Shown: positions 26,853 to 36,717, counted from the stretch's first letter. The stretch is 64,000 nucleotides of DNA from an uncultured Mollicutes bacterium (GCA_900548675.1 URLJ01000001.1:9012-73011), one strand, 5' to 3'. Numbers and translations are program-made. The notes: generated from the sequence alone by a model not told the origin.

Positions 26853-27189
26853 TGGTGGAGGTAACGAGAATCGAACTCGTGTCCCATTATATTTAATAAT
26901 AAACTTCTACAAGTTTAGTTTATTTTCAATAAATTTTTAATTTTAAAATAAACAAAGTCAATTAAAAATTAGTTGTTAATAAAAATACTTCTACAACTAT
27001 TAAAATATTTTGTTCCGTTGTTCTTCCATTACGAAAGGAGGTGATACATATATTAAACTGTTCTAGTCAAAGACTAGGCAGCCATTAAAACTTCGTTTGC
27101 TCTTATTCTTTTTGAACTTTTAAAGTGTCCTGTTCACCACTACTTGCTTATTATTATTTCCTACAATAGTCGAAACCAAATATACCCCC
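26853..27189 (-). ncRNA. ssrA: tmRNA (SsrA-like), encoded tag peptide A-N-E-V-L-M-A-A
   Basis: 5' end GGGGGUAUAUUUGGUUUCGACUAUUGUAGG closely parallels E. coli GGGGCUGAUUCUGGAUUCGACGGGAUUUGCG. Resume codon GCA at 27098-27100, reading GCA AAC GAA GUU UUA AUG GCU GCC UAG (E. coli reads GCAAACGAC...) with a hairpin after the stop. 3' end is T-arm acgagttcgattctcgt, then acceptor tacctcc pairing with the 5' ggggguа, then ACCA. Confidence 0.7.
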
Positions 27190-27294
27190 ATATATATCAA
27201 CCTAATGGCACGAATCTGACCGCTTGGTCGGGTGTAGCATATATATCTTATAAAAGATTATACCTCTTATAATCCTCGTGCATTAGGTTATTAA

Positions 27295-27624
27295 CTATTT
27301 ATTTATTTTCTTTGCGGCTTTTTCTGCCTTTAATCTAGCTTTTTCTGCGCGTTCAGCATCTCTTTGCGCATTAGCTTCCAATTTTGTTAAATACTCGTGT
27401 CTAACTTCTTCTACATCAAACCTTTCTGGATTGTGTAAAGTTATATTTAAAGTTGCATAATAAGTTTCACCTTCATATTCTACCTCTATTAAACGACCTT
27501 TAACAACCGGCTCTGTCCCTATATGACTATTGGCAAAACCTTGTAATGAAACTCCGTATAAAAAGGCTCTTAATTCTGCTTCTTTTGCTTTACTTAATTT
27601 CTTTCCCATAATTTCTCCTTTCAT
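27295..27624 (-). CDS. Hypothetical protein
   Basis: ORF. Confidence 0.5.
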   Translation of the reverse strand: MKGEIMGKKLSKAKEAELRAFLYGVSLQGFANSHIGTEPVVKGRLIEVEYEGETYYATLNITLHNPERFDVEEVRHEYLTKLEANAQRDAERAEKARLKAEKAAKKINK

Positions 27625-27649
27625 ACTTATATTATATCAAAATTTTTCC

Positions 27650-28213
27650 TTAATTACAACTTTTTAAATTCCAATCTTCTGCCCAACAAATGTTTTCATG
27701 AACATACTTATCTTTGTAAATTTCTTCAATCTCTGCAAGTGTAACAGGTTCATAATTAACACATTCTACACTTACACAGTACATATTTTTATGTCTTACA
27801 TATTTATTATGAATATGTCCATAAATCATTTTCGCGCCATAATACATACCTGCATAATCGATAATTGGATAATGAGAAAGTATAATTTGCTGTTTATCCT
27901 CATTTACTTGAAGATAATCACATACTTTTTCAAAACACTCATCAAAATCGCGCTGACCAGCATACTTATCGTGATTCCCTTTAATTAAAATTTTCTTTCC
28001 ATTTAATTGTTTCAAAATTTTAATTGCGTCTTGTTTACTCATTTTAAAACAAAAATCACCTAAAATATATACTGTATCTTCGTTTGTTACTTTATTATTC
28101 CATTTTTCAATTAATTGTTTATTCATATCTTCTGTATTTTCAAAAGGTCTATTACAAATTTGAATAATACGTTCATGACCAAAATGCGGGTCTGCTATAA
28201 AAAAGTTAGCCAT
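27650..28213 (-). CDS. Calcineurin-like metallophosphoesterase
   Basis: Motifs ADPHFGH, ILGDF, GNHD, and GHIHN. Confidence 0.85.
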   Translation of the reverse strand: MANFFIADPHFGHERIIQICNRPFENTEDMNKQLIEKWNNKVTNEDTVYILGDFCFKMSKQDAIKILKQLNGKKILIKGNHDKYAGQRDFDECFEKVCDYLQVNEDKQQIILSHYPIIDYAGMYYGAKMIYGHIHNKYVRHKNMYCVSVECVNYEPVTLAEIEEIYKDKYVHENICWAEDWNLKSCN

Positions 28214-28228
28214 AATATTTGCTCCTTT

Positions 28229-28489
28229 CTATTTTAATCCTAATCGAATTAAACTATCGTTTAAAAAATCAAAAATTGCAAATTTAAATTTTGGAGTTTC
28301 TTCTTGTAAATTACCATCTAGTTTAATTCCAATAGCTTCATCGCCATAATTATCTTCTACTCCTACAAATGTTAATGAAGGATACATTACACTCCACCAA
28401 CATTCAACAGTTTTTTGTGAATTATAAAAATGTGCAATTAAAATTACAATTAATAAAATAATTAAACTTATAATTATTTTTTTCATCAC
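28229..28489 (-). CDS. Small secreted/membrane protein
   Basis: N-terminal hydrophobic segment. Confidence 0.45.
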   Translation of the reverse strand: MMKKIIISLIILLIVILIAHFYNSQKTVECWWSVMYPSLTFVGVEDNYGDEAIGIKLDGNLQEETPKFKFAIFDFLNDSLIRLGLK

Positions 28490-28514
28490 AAACCTCCTTT
28501 TAACTCACAAAGGT

Positions 28515-29033
28515 TTACAAATCCAAATCTAATTCATCTAATTCTTCTTCCATTTGTTTTTTCCATTCTCTTTTAACCTGAGTACGATTAAATTTCTGCT
28601 TTCGTTGTTCCTTCTGTCTCTGTAATTCTTCGTATTGCTCCTTTGTTGTATTTTCAGCTTTTATTATAATACAATCATCAGCTGAAGTCAAATTTGGAAA
28701 AGTTACTTGTCCACTATCTTGAACTTCACCCTTCCCATTCATCACAAGAAAATTAATTTTCCAAGCTCTTATTTCATCATTTAAAGCAGCTTGTTCTTTT
28801 GGTGGTAAACTGTGTAACCATTTATGATTACCCCAAGCAAGATTTGCCCCATTTTCAACTGAGGCATCTCCACCGTGTTCTTTTTTTCTTAAATGATGAT
28901 ATGTAATCTGTTTATCTATCGTCTTCGCGCCAGCAATTGAGCGAATTCCCATTCGTTCTATAAAGCAACCTTTTCCATAAATTCGCTCTAAAGCTTGTCT
29001 AGCTTTTTTATTACTTTTGCTCACGGCAACCAC
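28515..29033 (-). CDS. Putative HNH-family nuclease
   Basis: YHHLRKKEHGG...NGANL...NHKWLH arrangement resembles the His-Me finger. Confidence 0.45.
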   Translation of the reverse strand: MVAVSKSNKKARQALERIYGKGCFIERMGIRSIAGAKTIDKQITYHHLRKKEHGGDASVENGANLAWGNHKWLHSLPPKEQAALNDEIRAWKINFLVMNGKGEVQDSGQVTFPNLTSADDCIIIKAENTTKEQYEELQRQKEQRKQKFNRTQVKREWKKQMEEELDELDLDL

Positions 29034-29035
29034 TC

Positions 29036-30328
29036 CTAACTATATAATGGGTGTTTTTTACATAATTGTGCTACTTCTTCCTTTAATAAAATTTTTTGAT
29101 TTTCATCCATATCATTTGTAGTTAATACAATTGAAATAATACGAGCAATTTCTTTCATATCGGCTGTGTTAAAACCTCTTGTTGTTACAGCTGCTGTTCC
29201 TATTCTTATACCACTTGTAACCATTGGTCTTTCTGGGTCATTTGGAACTGCATTTTTGTTTAGTGTAATATTAATTTCTTCTAAACGATTTTGAGCTTCT
29301 ATTCCAGTAATTCCAACGTTTCTTAAATCTATTAATAATAAATGATTATCTGTTCCACCTGTAATTAGATTAAAACCTCTTTCTTTTAATTCATTTGCTA
29401 AAGTATAACAATTGTCCACTATTCTTTTTTGATAATCAATAAATTCAGGTTTTAATGCCTCTGCAAAGCATACTGCTTTTGCAGCAATAATGTGTTCAAG
29501 CGGTCCACCTTGAGTACCTGGAAATACAGCACTATCAATTTTTTTACCATATTCTTCTTTACATAAAATAATTCCACCACGAGGTCCTCTTAATGTTTTA
29601 TGAGTTGTAGAAGTAACTACATCTGCATAAGGAATTGGGCTTTGATGTAATCCTGCTGCAACTAATCCTGCAATATGAGCCATATCTACCATAAAAATTG
29701 GTTTTTCAAAAAATTCGTCATCTTCCACAGCTTTATTAATCATATCTCTCATTTTTGCAAAATCAATTTCTCTTGGATACGCACTAGCACCTGCAATAAT
29801 TAATTTAGGTCTGCTCATACGCATCATATCATCAAAATTTTCATAATCTATATAACCTTTCTCATCTGTTCTATATTCTACAATATTATAAATTTTCCCA
29901 CTTTGATTTACAGGTGAACCGTGTGATAGATGTGCGCCGTTTTGTAAGCTCATTGTAAGTATAGTATCTCCTGGTTTTAGAAAAGCTTGATAAACCGCTA
30001 AGTTAGCTTGTGCACCTGAATGAGGTTGAACATTTGCATATTCAGCTCCAAACAATTTCTTTAATCTATCAATTGCTAACTGTTCTATATTATCTACAAA
30101 TTTACATCCACCATAATATCTTCGACCTGGGTATCCTTCAGCATACTTATTTGTTAAATAACTTCCCATTGCTTCCATAACAGCTGGACTAACAAAATTT
30201 TCTGAGGCTATCAATTCTATATTAGTTTGTTGGCGTTCTTTTTCTGCCATTATATTAGCATAGACTTCAGGGTCTTGCATTAATAAATTATAAAATTCTG
30301 TCATTTTCTTCCTCCAATTTTCTATCAA
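29036..30328 (-). CDS. glyA: Serine hydroxymethyltransferase
   Basis: [37 protein letters not shown] and PLP-lysine region [15 protein letters not shown]. Confidence 0.95.
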   Translation of the reverse strand: MIENWRKKMTEFYNLLMQDPEVYANIMAEKERQQTNIELIASENFVSPAVMEAMGSYLTNKYAEGYPGRRYYGGCKFVDNIEQLAIDRLKKLFGAEYANVQPHSGAQANLAVYQAFLKPGDTILTMSLQNGAHLSHGSPVNQSGKIYNIVEYRTDEKGYIDYENFDDMMRMSRPKLIIAGASAYPREIDFAKMRDMINKAVEDDEFFEKPIFMVDMAHIAGLVAAGLHQSPIPYADVVTSTTHKTLRGPRGGIILCKEEYGKKIDSAVFPGTQGGPLEHIIAAKAVCFAEALKPEFIDYQKRIVDNCYTLANELKERGFNLITGGTDNHLLLIDLRNVGITGIEAQNRLEEINITLNKNAVPNDPERPMVTSGIRIGTAAVTTRGFNTADMKEIARIISIVLTTNDMDENQKILLKEEVAQLCKKHPLYS

Positions 30329-30435
30329 GTTCTAATAGATGGGCGTAAACCTCTGATACACATTCTTTACAGTCTTCTATCTCACCGCGCTTGGGACAGA
30401 ACATTTTTATACAAATTCTACAACAATGTGTCATA
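30288..30435 (-). CDS. Small zinc-ribbon protein (start at MTHCC with RBS ggagg)
   Basis: ggaggttaat-ATG; CCRIC...CPKRG...CKEC; the track ORF extends to 30494. Confidence 0.45.
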
Positions 30436-30466
30436 TTAACCTCCATCTTAAACATTCTTATAATAA

Positions 30467-30495
30467 GTATAATAAAATTCGCGCGAAAAGTCAAA
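30467..30495 (-). promoter_or_regulatory. Promoter for the minus-strand block (TTGACT-17-TATACT)
   Basis: Reverse complement ttgacttttcgcgcgaattttat-tatact; includes the ttcgcgcgaa palindrome. Confidence 0.55.
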
Positions 30496-30606
30496 CTTTG
30501 TTTTACTATCTAGAAATTTGACTTTTAAAAACAATTATGATATTTATACGTGCGCGCACGCGCATTATTATAAAAGGAAGAAAACTTACTTTGCGCGCGA
30601 GTGACA
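30479..30606. promoter_or_regulatory. Divergent control region with three CGCGCG-core palindromes (candidate operators)
   Basis: ttcgcgcgaa (30479-30488), gtgcgcgcac within acgtgcgcgcacgcgcat (30551-30568), and ttgcgcgcgag (30591-30601), in an otherwise AT-rich intergenic region. Confidence 0.4.
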
Positions 30607-30615
30607 AATAAAGAC

Positions 30616-30644
30616 TTGAAAAAAGAAAAAATCTGTGTTATACT
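30616..30644 (+). promoter_or_regulatory. Promoter for the plus-strand module (TTGAAA-17-TGTGTTATACT, extended -10)
   Basis: ttgaaa, then aaagaaaaaatctgtgt, then tatact. Confidence 0.55.
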
Positions 30645-30672
30645 ATTTATATATAAATGGAGGTTATAAATT

Positions 30673-31293
30673 ATGAAGAATGTAAAAGAAACATTGGATT
30701 ATATTTATTTATGTATTTTTAAATATTATCAAAAAAGTCAGTTAGAAGTTTTAGCAATGGAGTATAATCACACTAAATCAGATAGATTATTATTAGAAAT
30801 AATTAAACAACATAAAGATAGTTTTAAAAATATTGTTTTTTATAGTGCTGTGCCTGAATATGAACAAGAATGTAATAATATTATAGGTAATGATGATATT
30901 ATTAAAGTTACTAATTTTAATTTTGATAAATTTTTTAAAAGGCATTATAATATATCTTCAAAAAATCAACTATATTGCGATAGTTTTTTAAAGCATATTT
31001 ATCTTAATGATTTATATCCCTTATATAATTATACCAATAAAGAAATCGAAGAAATGCTTAAATTTTATAATATTAATATGGACGAATTAAAAGAAGAGCA
31101 ATATGGTTTAACCATTGAAGAATTAGTACATTTAGAAAACTATTTATATTATTACGATAAATTTGAAAAAAGTTTAAACAATAAAGAAGAAAATGCTATA
31201 AAAGTATTTAATTTTATTAAACAGCAAAAAGCATTAAAAACAAAATTTGTCCCATCTTTATTACAAATGCAAGAAACCGAAAATCTTTTATAA
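30673..31293 (+). CDS. Hypothetical protein
   Basis: ORF with RBS aatggagg. Confidence 0.6.
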   Translation: MKNVKETLDYIYLCIFKYYQKSQLEVLAMEYNHTKSDRLLLEIIKQHKDSFKNIVFYSAVPEYEQECNNIIGNDDIIKVTNFNFDKFFKRHYNISSKNQLYCDSFLKHIYLNDLYPLYNYTNKEIEEMLKFYNINMDELKEEQYGLTIEELVHLENYLYYYDKFEKSLNNKEENAIKVFNFIKQQKALKTKFVPSLLQMQETENLL

Positions 31294-31354
31294 AAAACTT
31301 GTAAGTTCCGCCAATAAAAAATACATCTAATAATAGAAAGGACTAAAATATTTA

Positions 31355-32062
31355 TTGGAGGTGATTTACCTAATGGACAGCGTAGCTGCAACAATATCAA
31401 CAATTATTGAATCTGGAATTATGGTTGTCATTTGTGGAGTTGTTATCTATCTTTTAACAAAGTACTTTTCCGCTATGATAGAAACAAAAGGAAAACACCC
31501 ACATACCGAAAAAGTTGCAGAAACAAATGCAGTGGAATTTGGTTCTGTTTCGGCATTAAAAGAATTACATTCTTTTTTCCCTAAAATGGAAGGTATTTTA
31601 GAGTTAAAAATACCAACTTTAACAATAGGTGGACCAGTGCGAACAGACATATTCAAAGATATTTTAAGAATTTTTTATGAGACGGCAATTAGAGTAATAA
31701 AAGATAGTTTAGATAGACCTTTAACAGACAAAAACTTTCTTTCTGAAAATAAAGAAACAATTAATAAACTAATAGAAACAGCAAAAGTAAAAATGATAGA
31801 AGCTGAAATTCCAACAGTTGCAATTTACAAATTTTTAGATTGGAGTACAAAACGCTATGATTATGTAATGTCTACATTAAGCGATATTGATTCTTGTAAT
31901 GCATTTGCTTCAATAGTAGAGAAAGAATATGCTGCTTTAAATTTATATCAAAGTACTTTTTATTTCTTTTTAATTGACGCAGAAAAAACTTTAAAATACT
32001 TAAATGGCGATTTAACTGGTGCAATTTACAAAGGGCGCGAAGTTGAATCATTACACAATTAA
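31355..32062 (+). CDS. Hypothetical protein with N-terminal transmembrane helix
   Basis: ORF. Confidence 0.55.
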   Translation: MEVIYLMDSVAATISTIIESGIMVVICGVVIYLLTKYFSAMIETKGKHPHTEKVAETNAVEFGSVSALKELHSFFPKMEGILELKIPTLTIGGPVRTDIFKDILRIFYETAIRVIKDSLDRPLTDKNFLSENKETINKLIETAKVKMIEAEIPTVAIYKFLDWSTKRYDYVMSTLSDIDSCNAFASIVEKEYAALNLYQSTFYFFLIDAEKTLKYLNGDLTGAIYKGREVESLHN

Positions 32063-32114
32063 TTAAACATTCAAATAAAAGTAGTTCTATTTATACAAAT
32101 AAATGGAGGTATTT

Positions 32115-33074
32115 ATGAAATCAAATGGAGACTATCCCGTCCGTAAGATAATATTAATTATTATTTTTATCTTAATGGTATTGGGGGCATACGTTAGTTT
32201 AATGTTTAATATTTTTAAACCTTATTATGAGGTATATGTAGGAGATAAATTTATAGGTTATTATAGTTCCCGCGCGGAATACGATGCAGAATATATAAAA
32301 GCTATAGATTGCTCAAATGAAGAATATGAAACAACAAAATACTTAGCAGCTGAACCAAGGTTTGAGCGAGTTTTTGTAAAAACTAAACGTATAAAACAAG
32401 TTGACAATCAAATGTTAATAACAGATAATTTACAAACAGATTATACTGTTTATGGCATAATTGTTAATAATGAAGAAAAAATGTATGTAAAGACAAAAGA
32501 AGAAGCAGAAGAAGTAGTTAATAGTTTTAAAGATAGAGTCAAGGACTCAACAGATATACAAATTAATTCATTAGTTACGCAAGATTTAAGTATATTACAA
32601 CTAGACGAAACAAAAGAAAATATATGTAATCAAATTGTTAGAGATAATTTGAAAGTCACTTCAAGAGGCGGAATTGTACGTGAAATAAATACAGGCTTAT
32701 ATGATTTTGCTTGGCCTACAACATCACATTTAATTACAGCTTATTATGCACAATCAGGACAATATTGGTCTAATGGACATCAAGGAATAGATATTGGTAT
32801 TCCTACTGGAACAGAAGTTATGGCATCTGAAAGTGGAAATGTAGTTACAAGTGGTTGGTCAAATAGTTATGGTTGGTATATAGTAATCAATCACGGTAAT
32901 AATATTACTACACTTTACGCGCATAATAGTCAATTATTAGTTAAAGTAGGAGATTACGTAGAACAAGGCACTGTTATAGCTAAATCTGGTTCAACAGGAA
33001 AATCAACCGGACCACATTTACATTTTGAAATAAAAATTAATGGTGTCACACAAAATCCTTTAAGCTTTTTATAA
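32115..33074 (+). CDS. M23 (LytM-type) peptidase with N-terminal transmembrane anchor
   Basis: GHQGIDIG ... HLHFE zinc-metallopeptidase motifs at the C-terminus; start chosen at ATG 32115 after the RBS ggagg. Confidence 0.85.
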   Translation: MKSNGDYPVRKIILIIIFILMVLGAYVSLMFNIFKPYYEVYVGDKFIGYYSSRAEYDAEYIKAIDCSNEEYETTKYLAAEPRFERVFVKTKRIKQVDNQMLITDNLQTDYTVYGIIVNNEEKMYVKTKEEAEEVVNSFKDRVKDSTDIQINSLVTQDLSILQLDETKENICNQIVRDNLKVTSRGGIVREINTGLYDFAWPTTSHLITAYYAQSGQYWSNGHQGIDIGIPTGTEVMASESGNVVTSGWSNSYGWYIVINHGNNITTLYAHNSQLLVKVGDYVEQGTVIAKSGSTGKSTGPHLHFEIKINGVTQNPLSFL

Positions 33075-33084
33075 GGAGTTTTAT

Positions 33085-33237
33085 ATGTTTGTATATGAAT
33101 TTTTTAAGAAAAAAATGTTTATGCACAAACGTAACAAAGAAGTAGAACTAACAGAAGTAGATTTATTAAGAATGTTTAAAGAAGAAGTATCAAATGAAAT
33201 TAGTGTAAAAATAAAAAATAAAGAAGAGAAGCAATAG
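33085..33237 (+). CDS. Small hypothetical protein (50 aa), not in the track
   Basis: aaggag RBS, MFVYEFFKKKMFMHKRNKEVELTEVDLLRMFKEEVSNEISVKIKNKEEKQ; a terminator follows. Confidence 0.4.
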   Translation: MFVYEFFKKKMFMHKRNKEVELTEVDLLRMFKEEVSNEISVKIKNKEEKQ

Positions 33238-33253
33238 CTCCTCTTCTTTTTTT
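33223..33253 (+). terminator. Rho-independent terminator
   Basis: gaagag ... ctcttc followed by ttttttt. Confidence 0.55.
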
Positions 33254-33267
33254 ATAGGAGGAATATT

Positions 33268-33456
33268 ATGAAAGACAAATTAGGAAAGAGTATTGCTATC
33301 CTTATTGCCTTATTAATCGTTTTAGTTATTAACTTAATCGTTAATATTTCCCACTTAGCAAATTATGAGGCGCAAAAAGCATCTGGAAATGCGAGATGGC
33401 AACAAGTTGAAGAGCGACTTGTAGAAATGGAAGACAAAATAGAAAATTTAAAATAG
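33268..33456 (+). CDS. Small membrane protein, possible holin
   Basis: Single transmembrane segment IAILIALLIVLVINLIV plus charged C-terminus; lies next to the M23 peptidase. Confidence 0.3.
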   Translation: MKDKLGKSIAILIALLIVLVINLIVNISHLANYEAQKASGNARWQQVEERLVEMEDKIENLK

Positions 33457-33465
33457 GAGGTTAAA

Positions 33466-33822
33466 ATGAAAAAATTAGATATTGTAATTCCTAAATGTGA
33501 TTATATAAGTTTACCTTTTATTTATAAATTAAATGGAGAAGTCTGTCAACTTAAAGAGACAGACTTAATTTATTTTAGTGTAAAAAGAAATTTATTAGAA
33601 GAAGAATATTTAATACAAAAAAGTTTAAATGATGGTATTGTTTATAATAGCGAAGCAGAAAAATATTTTATAGAGATAAATTATGAAGATACTGTTAATT
33701 TAAATATGAATGATATTTATTTATATGATTTGGTAATTTATTATGACGGTAATAAACCAAGTCAAAAATTATATGGAACTTTTCAAATTGGACCAAAAGT
33801 TACTTTAAACGAGGTGGTTTAA
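33466..33822 (+). CDS. Hypothetical protein
   Basis: ORF. Confidence 0.55.
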   Translation: MKKLDIVIPKCDYISLPFIYKLNGEVCQLKETDLIYFSVKRNLLEEEYLIQKSLNDGIVYNSEAEKYFIEINYEDTVNLNMNDIYLYDLVIYYDGNKPSQKLYGTFQIGPKVTLNEVV

Positions 33823-35016
33823 TTGAAAGATGAAATAATTATTGAAGATTTTGTTGATAACGGTGTAATTGAGTTAGAAGAAAGAATGCATATGCCAGTT
33901 TTAGAAAATTTAACAATAATACCAAGCACAAAAGAACAGCGTTTTAAGTCTAAAAAAGATGGATTTAATGAAGTAGTTGTTGAAGGAGTGGAGGGCGACG
34001 AGCTAACAATTATACCTACAACAGAAGAACAAATTAACGAAGGATTGTTTGATAAAGTTATTGTAAAAAAAGTTACATCAGATATAGATAAAAATATAAG
34101 ACCAGAGATAATTAGAGAAAACGAAGAAATTTTAGGAGTAGTTGGTAGTTATAAAGGAATAGATACTAGTGATGCTACAGTTACAGCAGATGATATTTTA
34201 AAAGGAAAAACTGCCTATGCCAATAATGAACAAATAACAGGAACAATTGAAGAATACGATGGAACATATACTGGGGATGCAAGTTCTATAGGTGAATTAG
34301 AAAAAAGCTTCATCAGTTCTATTGATGATAGTTTAGGAGCAAATACAACTAAACTACCAGATAGTTTAACTTCGATTGGTCAATATGCTTTTTATAATTG
34401 TACAAATTTAGCATTAACAAAATTACCCGAAGGGATAACTTCAATTGGTGAATATGCATTTCAAAGTTGTCCGAATTTAGCTTTAACTAAATTACCAGAT
34501 AGTTTGACTTATATTGGAAGAGATGCTTTTCATAATTGTACTAATTTAGTATTGACAGAATTACCTGATGGATTAACGATAATAGATACTGCTGTTTTTC
34601 AAGGTTGTACAAATTTAGCATTAACAAAATTACCCGAAGGTTTAACAAACTTGCGAACTAATGCCTTTTTAAATTGTACGAATTTAGCAATAACAGAAAT
34701 ACCTGAAAAAATTACAACATTTAGTAGTAGTGTTTTTCAAGGTTGTGCATCTTTATCAGAAATAACTTGTAAAGGAATGATTAGTTCATTTTCCTCAACT
34801 CTTTTTAAAGATTGTACTAATTTAGTGAAATTAGTGTTACCAAATATAACCAAAGTTCCAAGTTTACAAAATACATCTGTTTTTACAGGTACTCCAATAG
34901 CAAATGGTACAGGTTATATATACGTACCAGATAATTTTGTAGAAGATTTTAAAGTAGCAACAAATTGGAGTACATATTCAAATCAAATAAAACCTATAAG
35001 TGAATTGGAGGGATAG
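33823..35016 (+). CDS. BspA-type leucine-rich-repeat protein
   Basis: Tandem ~23-aa repeats NCTNLALTKLPEGITSIGEYAFQ; TTG start after the RBS gaggtgg. Confidence 0.75.
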   Translation: MKDEIIIEDFVDNGVIELEERMHMPVLENLTIIPSTKEQRFKSKKDGFNEVVVEGVEGDELTIIPTTEEQINEGLFDKVIVKKVTSDIDKNIRPEIIRENEEILGVVGSYKGIDTSDATVTADDILKGKTAYANNEQITGTIEEYDGTYTGDASSIGELEKSFISSIDDSLGANTTKLPDSLTSIGQYAFYNCTNLALTKLPEGITSIGEYAFQSCPNLALTKLPDSLTYIGRDAFHNCTNLVLTELPDGLTIIDTAVFQGCTNLALTKLPEGLTNLRTNAFLNCTNLAITEIPEKITTFSSSVFQGCASLSEITCKGMISSFSSTLFKDCTNLVKLVLPNITKVPSLQNTSVFTGTPIANGTGYIYVPDNFVEDFKVATNWSTYSNQIKPISELEG

Positions 35017-35017
35017 T

Positions 35018-36451
35018 ATGGATATATATTTAAACAACAAAGAACCAGTAACACTTCAAACAGCTAATAAGTATTGCAAAGAAGATATTAATGTAAAAAT
35101 AGAAGCAGAAAAATTAAATGTAATACCTTCAGAAGAAACACAAAATTTTGAAGGATTATATGATGAAATAAATATAGATAAAATACCAGAAGAATATATA
35201 ATACCTGAAGGAACAATAGATATAACAGAAAATGGAGAAGTAGATGTAAAAAACTACGATAGTGCAAAAGTTAATATCAAAGCTACTGTTACATCTGTTC
35301 AATCAAAAGGTGTAGATTTTATAGATTATGATGGAAGAATTTTATATTCTTATACAGTAAAAGAAGCACAAGCTTTAACAGAATTACCAGAACTACCAAC
35401 TCGTAAAGGATTAATATGTCAAGGTTGGAATTGGAGTTTAGAAGATATAAAAGAATTAGGCAGAGATGTAATAGTCGGGGCAATGTATATAACTGATGAT
35501 GGTAAAACAAGATTATATATAGAAATTTCAAATGACGGAAGAATGGATGTTCCAATAATGTTTCAACAAACAGTAGCAAATGGTGTAGAAATTGATTGGG
35601 GAGATGGAAGTAGTATTCAAACTGTTGCTAGTACAAGTGTACAAGTGACTCATACATATAGCAATGTCGGTAATTACGTTATTTCATTAAATCCATTAGG
35701 TAATTGTGAATTGAAATTAGGGTTGGCAAATAGTTCTTATACAATTATGGGAACTCAAAGCTATAATAATAGAGCATATCAAAGTATGTTAAAAAGTGTA
35801 GAATTTGGAAAGAATGTTAAGACTATAAATCCTTATGCATTCACGTATTGTTTTTCTTTATCATCATTATCTATTCCGAATACTGTAATTACAATAGGAA
35901 GATATGCATTTGCTAGATGTTATTCGCTTTTTTCATTAGTAGTTCCTAACGGTGTAACAAAAATGGATGAATATACTTTTCAATTATGTAATTCTTTAGA
36001 TTCAATTTCTATTCCTAATAGTGTAACTCAAATATTATCGAATTGTTTTACAAATTGTTATTCATTATATAAAATACATTTACCAAATAAAATAAATACT
36101 ATCGGTACTCAAGCATTCAATTCATGCTTTTCGTTGTCTGGAGTATATTTACCAGATTCGTTAAGTACTATACCATACACATGCTTTCATTCTGATGAGT
36201 CTATGTCAAAAGTAGTTTTTTCAAATAGTATAAATAAAATACAATCTGAATCACTTAGAAATTGTTATTCTATGTCTGTTTATGATTTTTCAAAAGCTAT
36301 AACAATACCTACGTTGGAAAGTTGGACAGCAATAACTACAAGAACCGATACCAAAATTATAGTACCAGATGTATTATATGATTCCTGGATAGCAGCAACA
36401 AATTGGACAAGTTTAGCTGAATTTATAGTTAAAGCAAGTGAGGTGATATAA
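35018..36451 (+). CDS. BspA-type leucine-rich-repeat protein (paralogue)
   Basis: Repeats ...IPNTVITIGRYAFARCYSL..., ...IPNSVTQILSNCFTNCYSL... Confidence 0.75.
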   Translation: MDIYLNNKEPVTLQTANKYCKEDINVKIEAEKLNVIPSEETQNFEGLYDEINIDKIPEEYIIPEGTIDITENGEVDVKNYDSAKVNIKATVTSVQSKGVDFIDYDGRILYSYTVKEAQALTELPELPTRKGLICQGWNWSLEDIKELGRDVIVGAMYITDDGKTRLYIEISNDGRMDVPIMFQQTVANGVEIDWGDGSSIQTVASTSVQVTHTYSNVGNYVISLNPLGNCELKLGLANSSYTIMGTQSYNNRAYQSMLKSVEFGKNVKTINPYAFTYCFSLSSLSIPNTVITIGRYAFARCYSLFSLVVPNGVTKMDEYTFQLCNSLDSISIPNSVTQILSNCFTNCYSLYKIHLPNKINTIGTQAFNSCFSLSGVYLPDSLSTIPYTCFHSDESMSKVVFSNSINKIQSESLRNCYSMSVYDFSKAITIPTLESWTAITTRTDTKIIVPDVLYDSWIAATNWTSLAEFIVKASEVI

Positions 36452-36658
36452 ATGATAATAAAAGAATTTTATATAAAAAGAGAAGATGGAGTTAATCTAT
36501 ATAGAACATATTCTAATAAAAATTTTAAGATAAAACAAGTTGAAACAGGAATAATATATGATGAAGCAGTAGATATAGAAACTGCAAATTATACTTATGA
36601 AGAAACCAATGAAAAAATTGAAAGAGAAGAAGAGGGAAAAGAAGAGCAGATTATTTAA
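36452..36658 (+). CDS. Hypothetical protein
   Basis: ORF. Confidence 0.5.
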   Translation: MIIKEFYIKREDGVNLYRTYSNKNFKIKQVETGIIYDEAVDIETANYTYEETNEKIEREEEGKEEQII

Positions 36659-36661
36659 TTT

Positions 36662-36687
36662 GAGGGCCGAAAGGCCCTCTTTTTTTA
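36662..36687 (+). terminator. Rho-independent terminator
   Basis: gagggcc-gaaa-ggccctc followed by tttttttt. Confidence 0.8.
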
Positions 36688-36688
36688 T

Positions 36689-36717
36689 TTGACTTTTTTC
36701 TAATTTTTTGTTATACT
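36689..36717 (+). promoter_or_regulatory. sigma70 promoter (TTGACT-17-TATACT)
   Basis: ttgact, then tttttctaattttttgt, then tatact. Confidence 0.6.

Noticed and set aside
27190-27260. Alternative tmRNA 5' end at about 27257 (agaggta pairing with the 3' acceptor)
   Set aside because: That pairing has a 1-72 mismatch and would put the resume codon 157 nt from the 5' end. The ggggguaua start at 27189 gives a perfect acceptor and canonical spacing; 27190-27260 is more likely promoter or leader.
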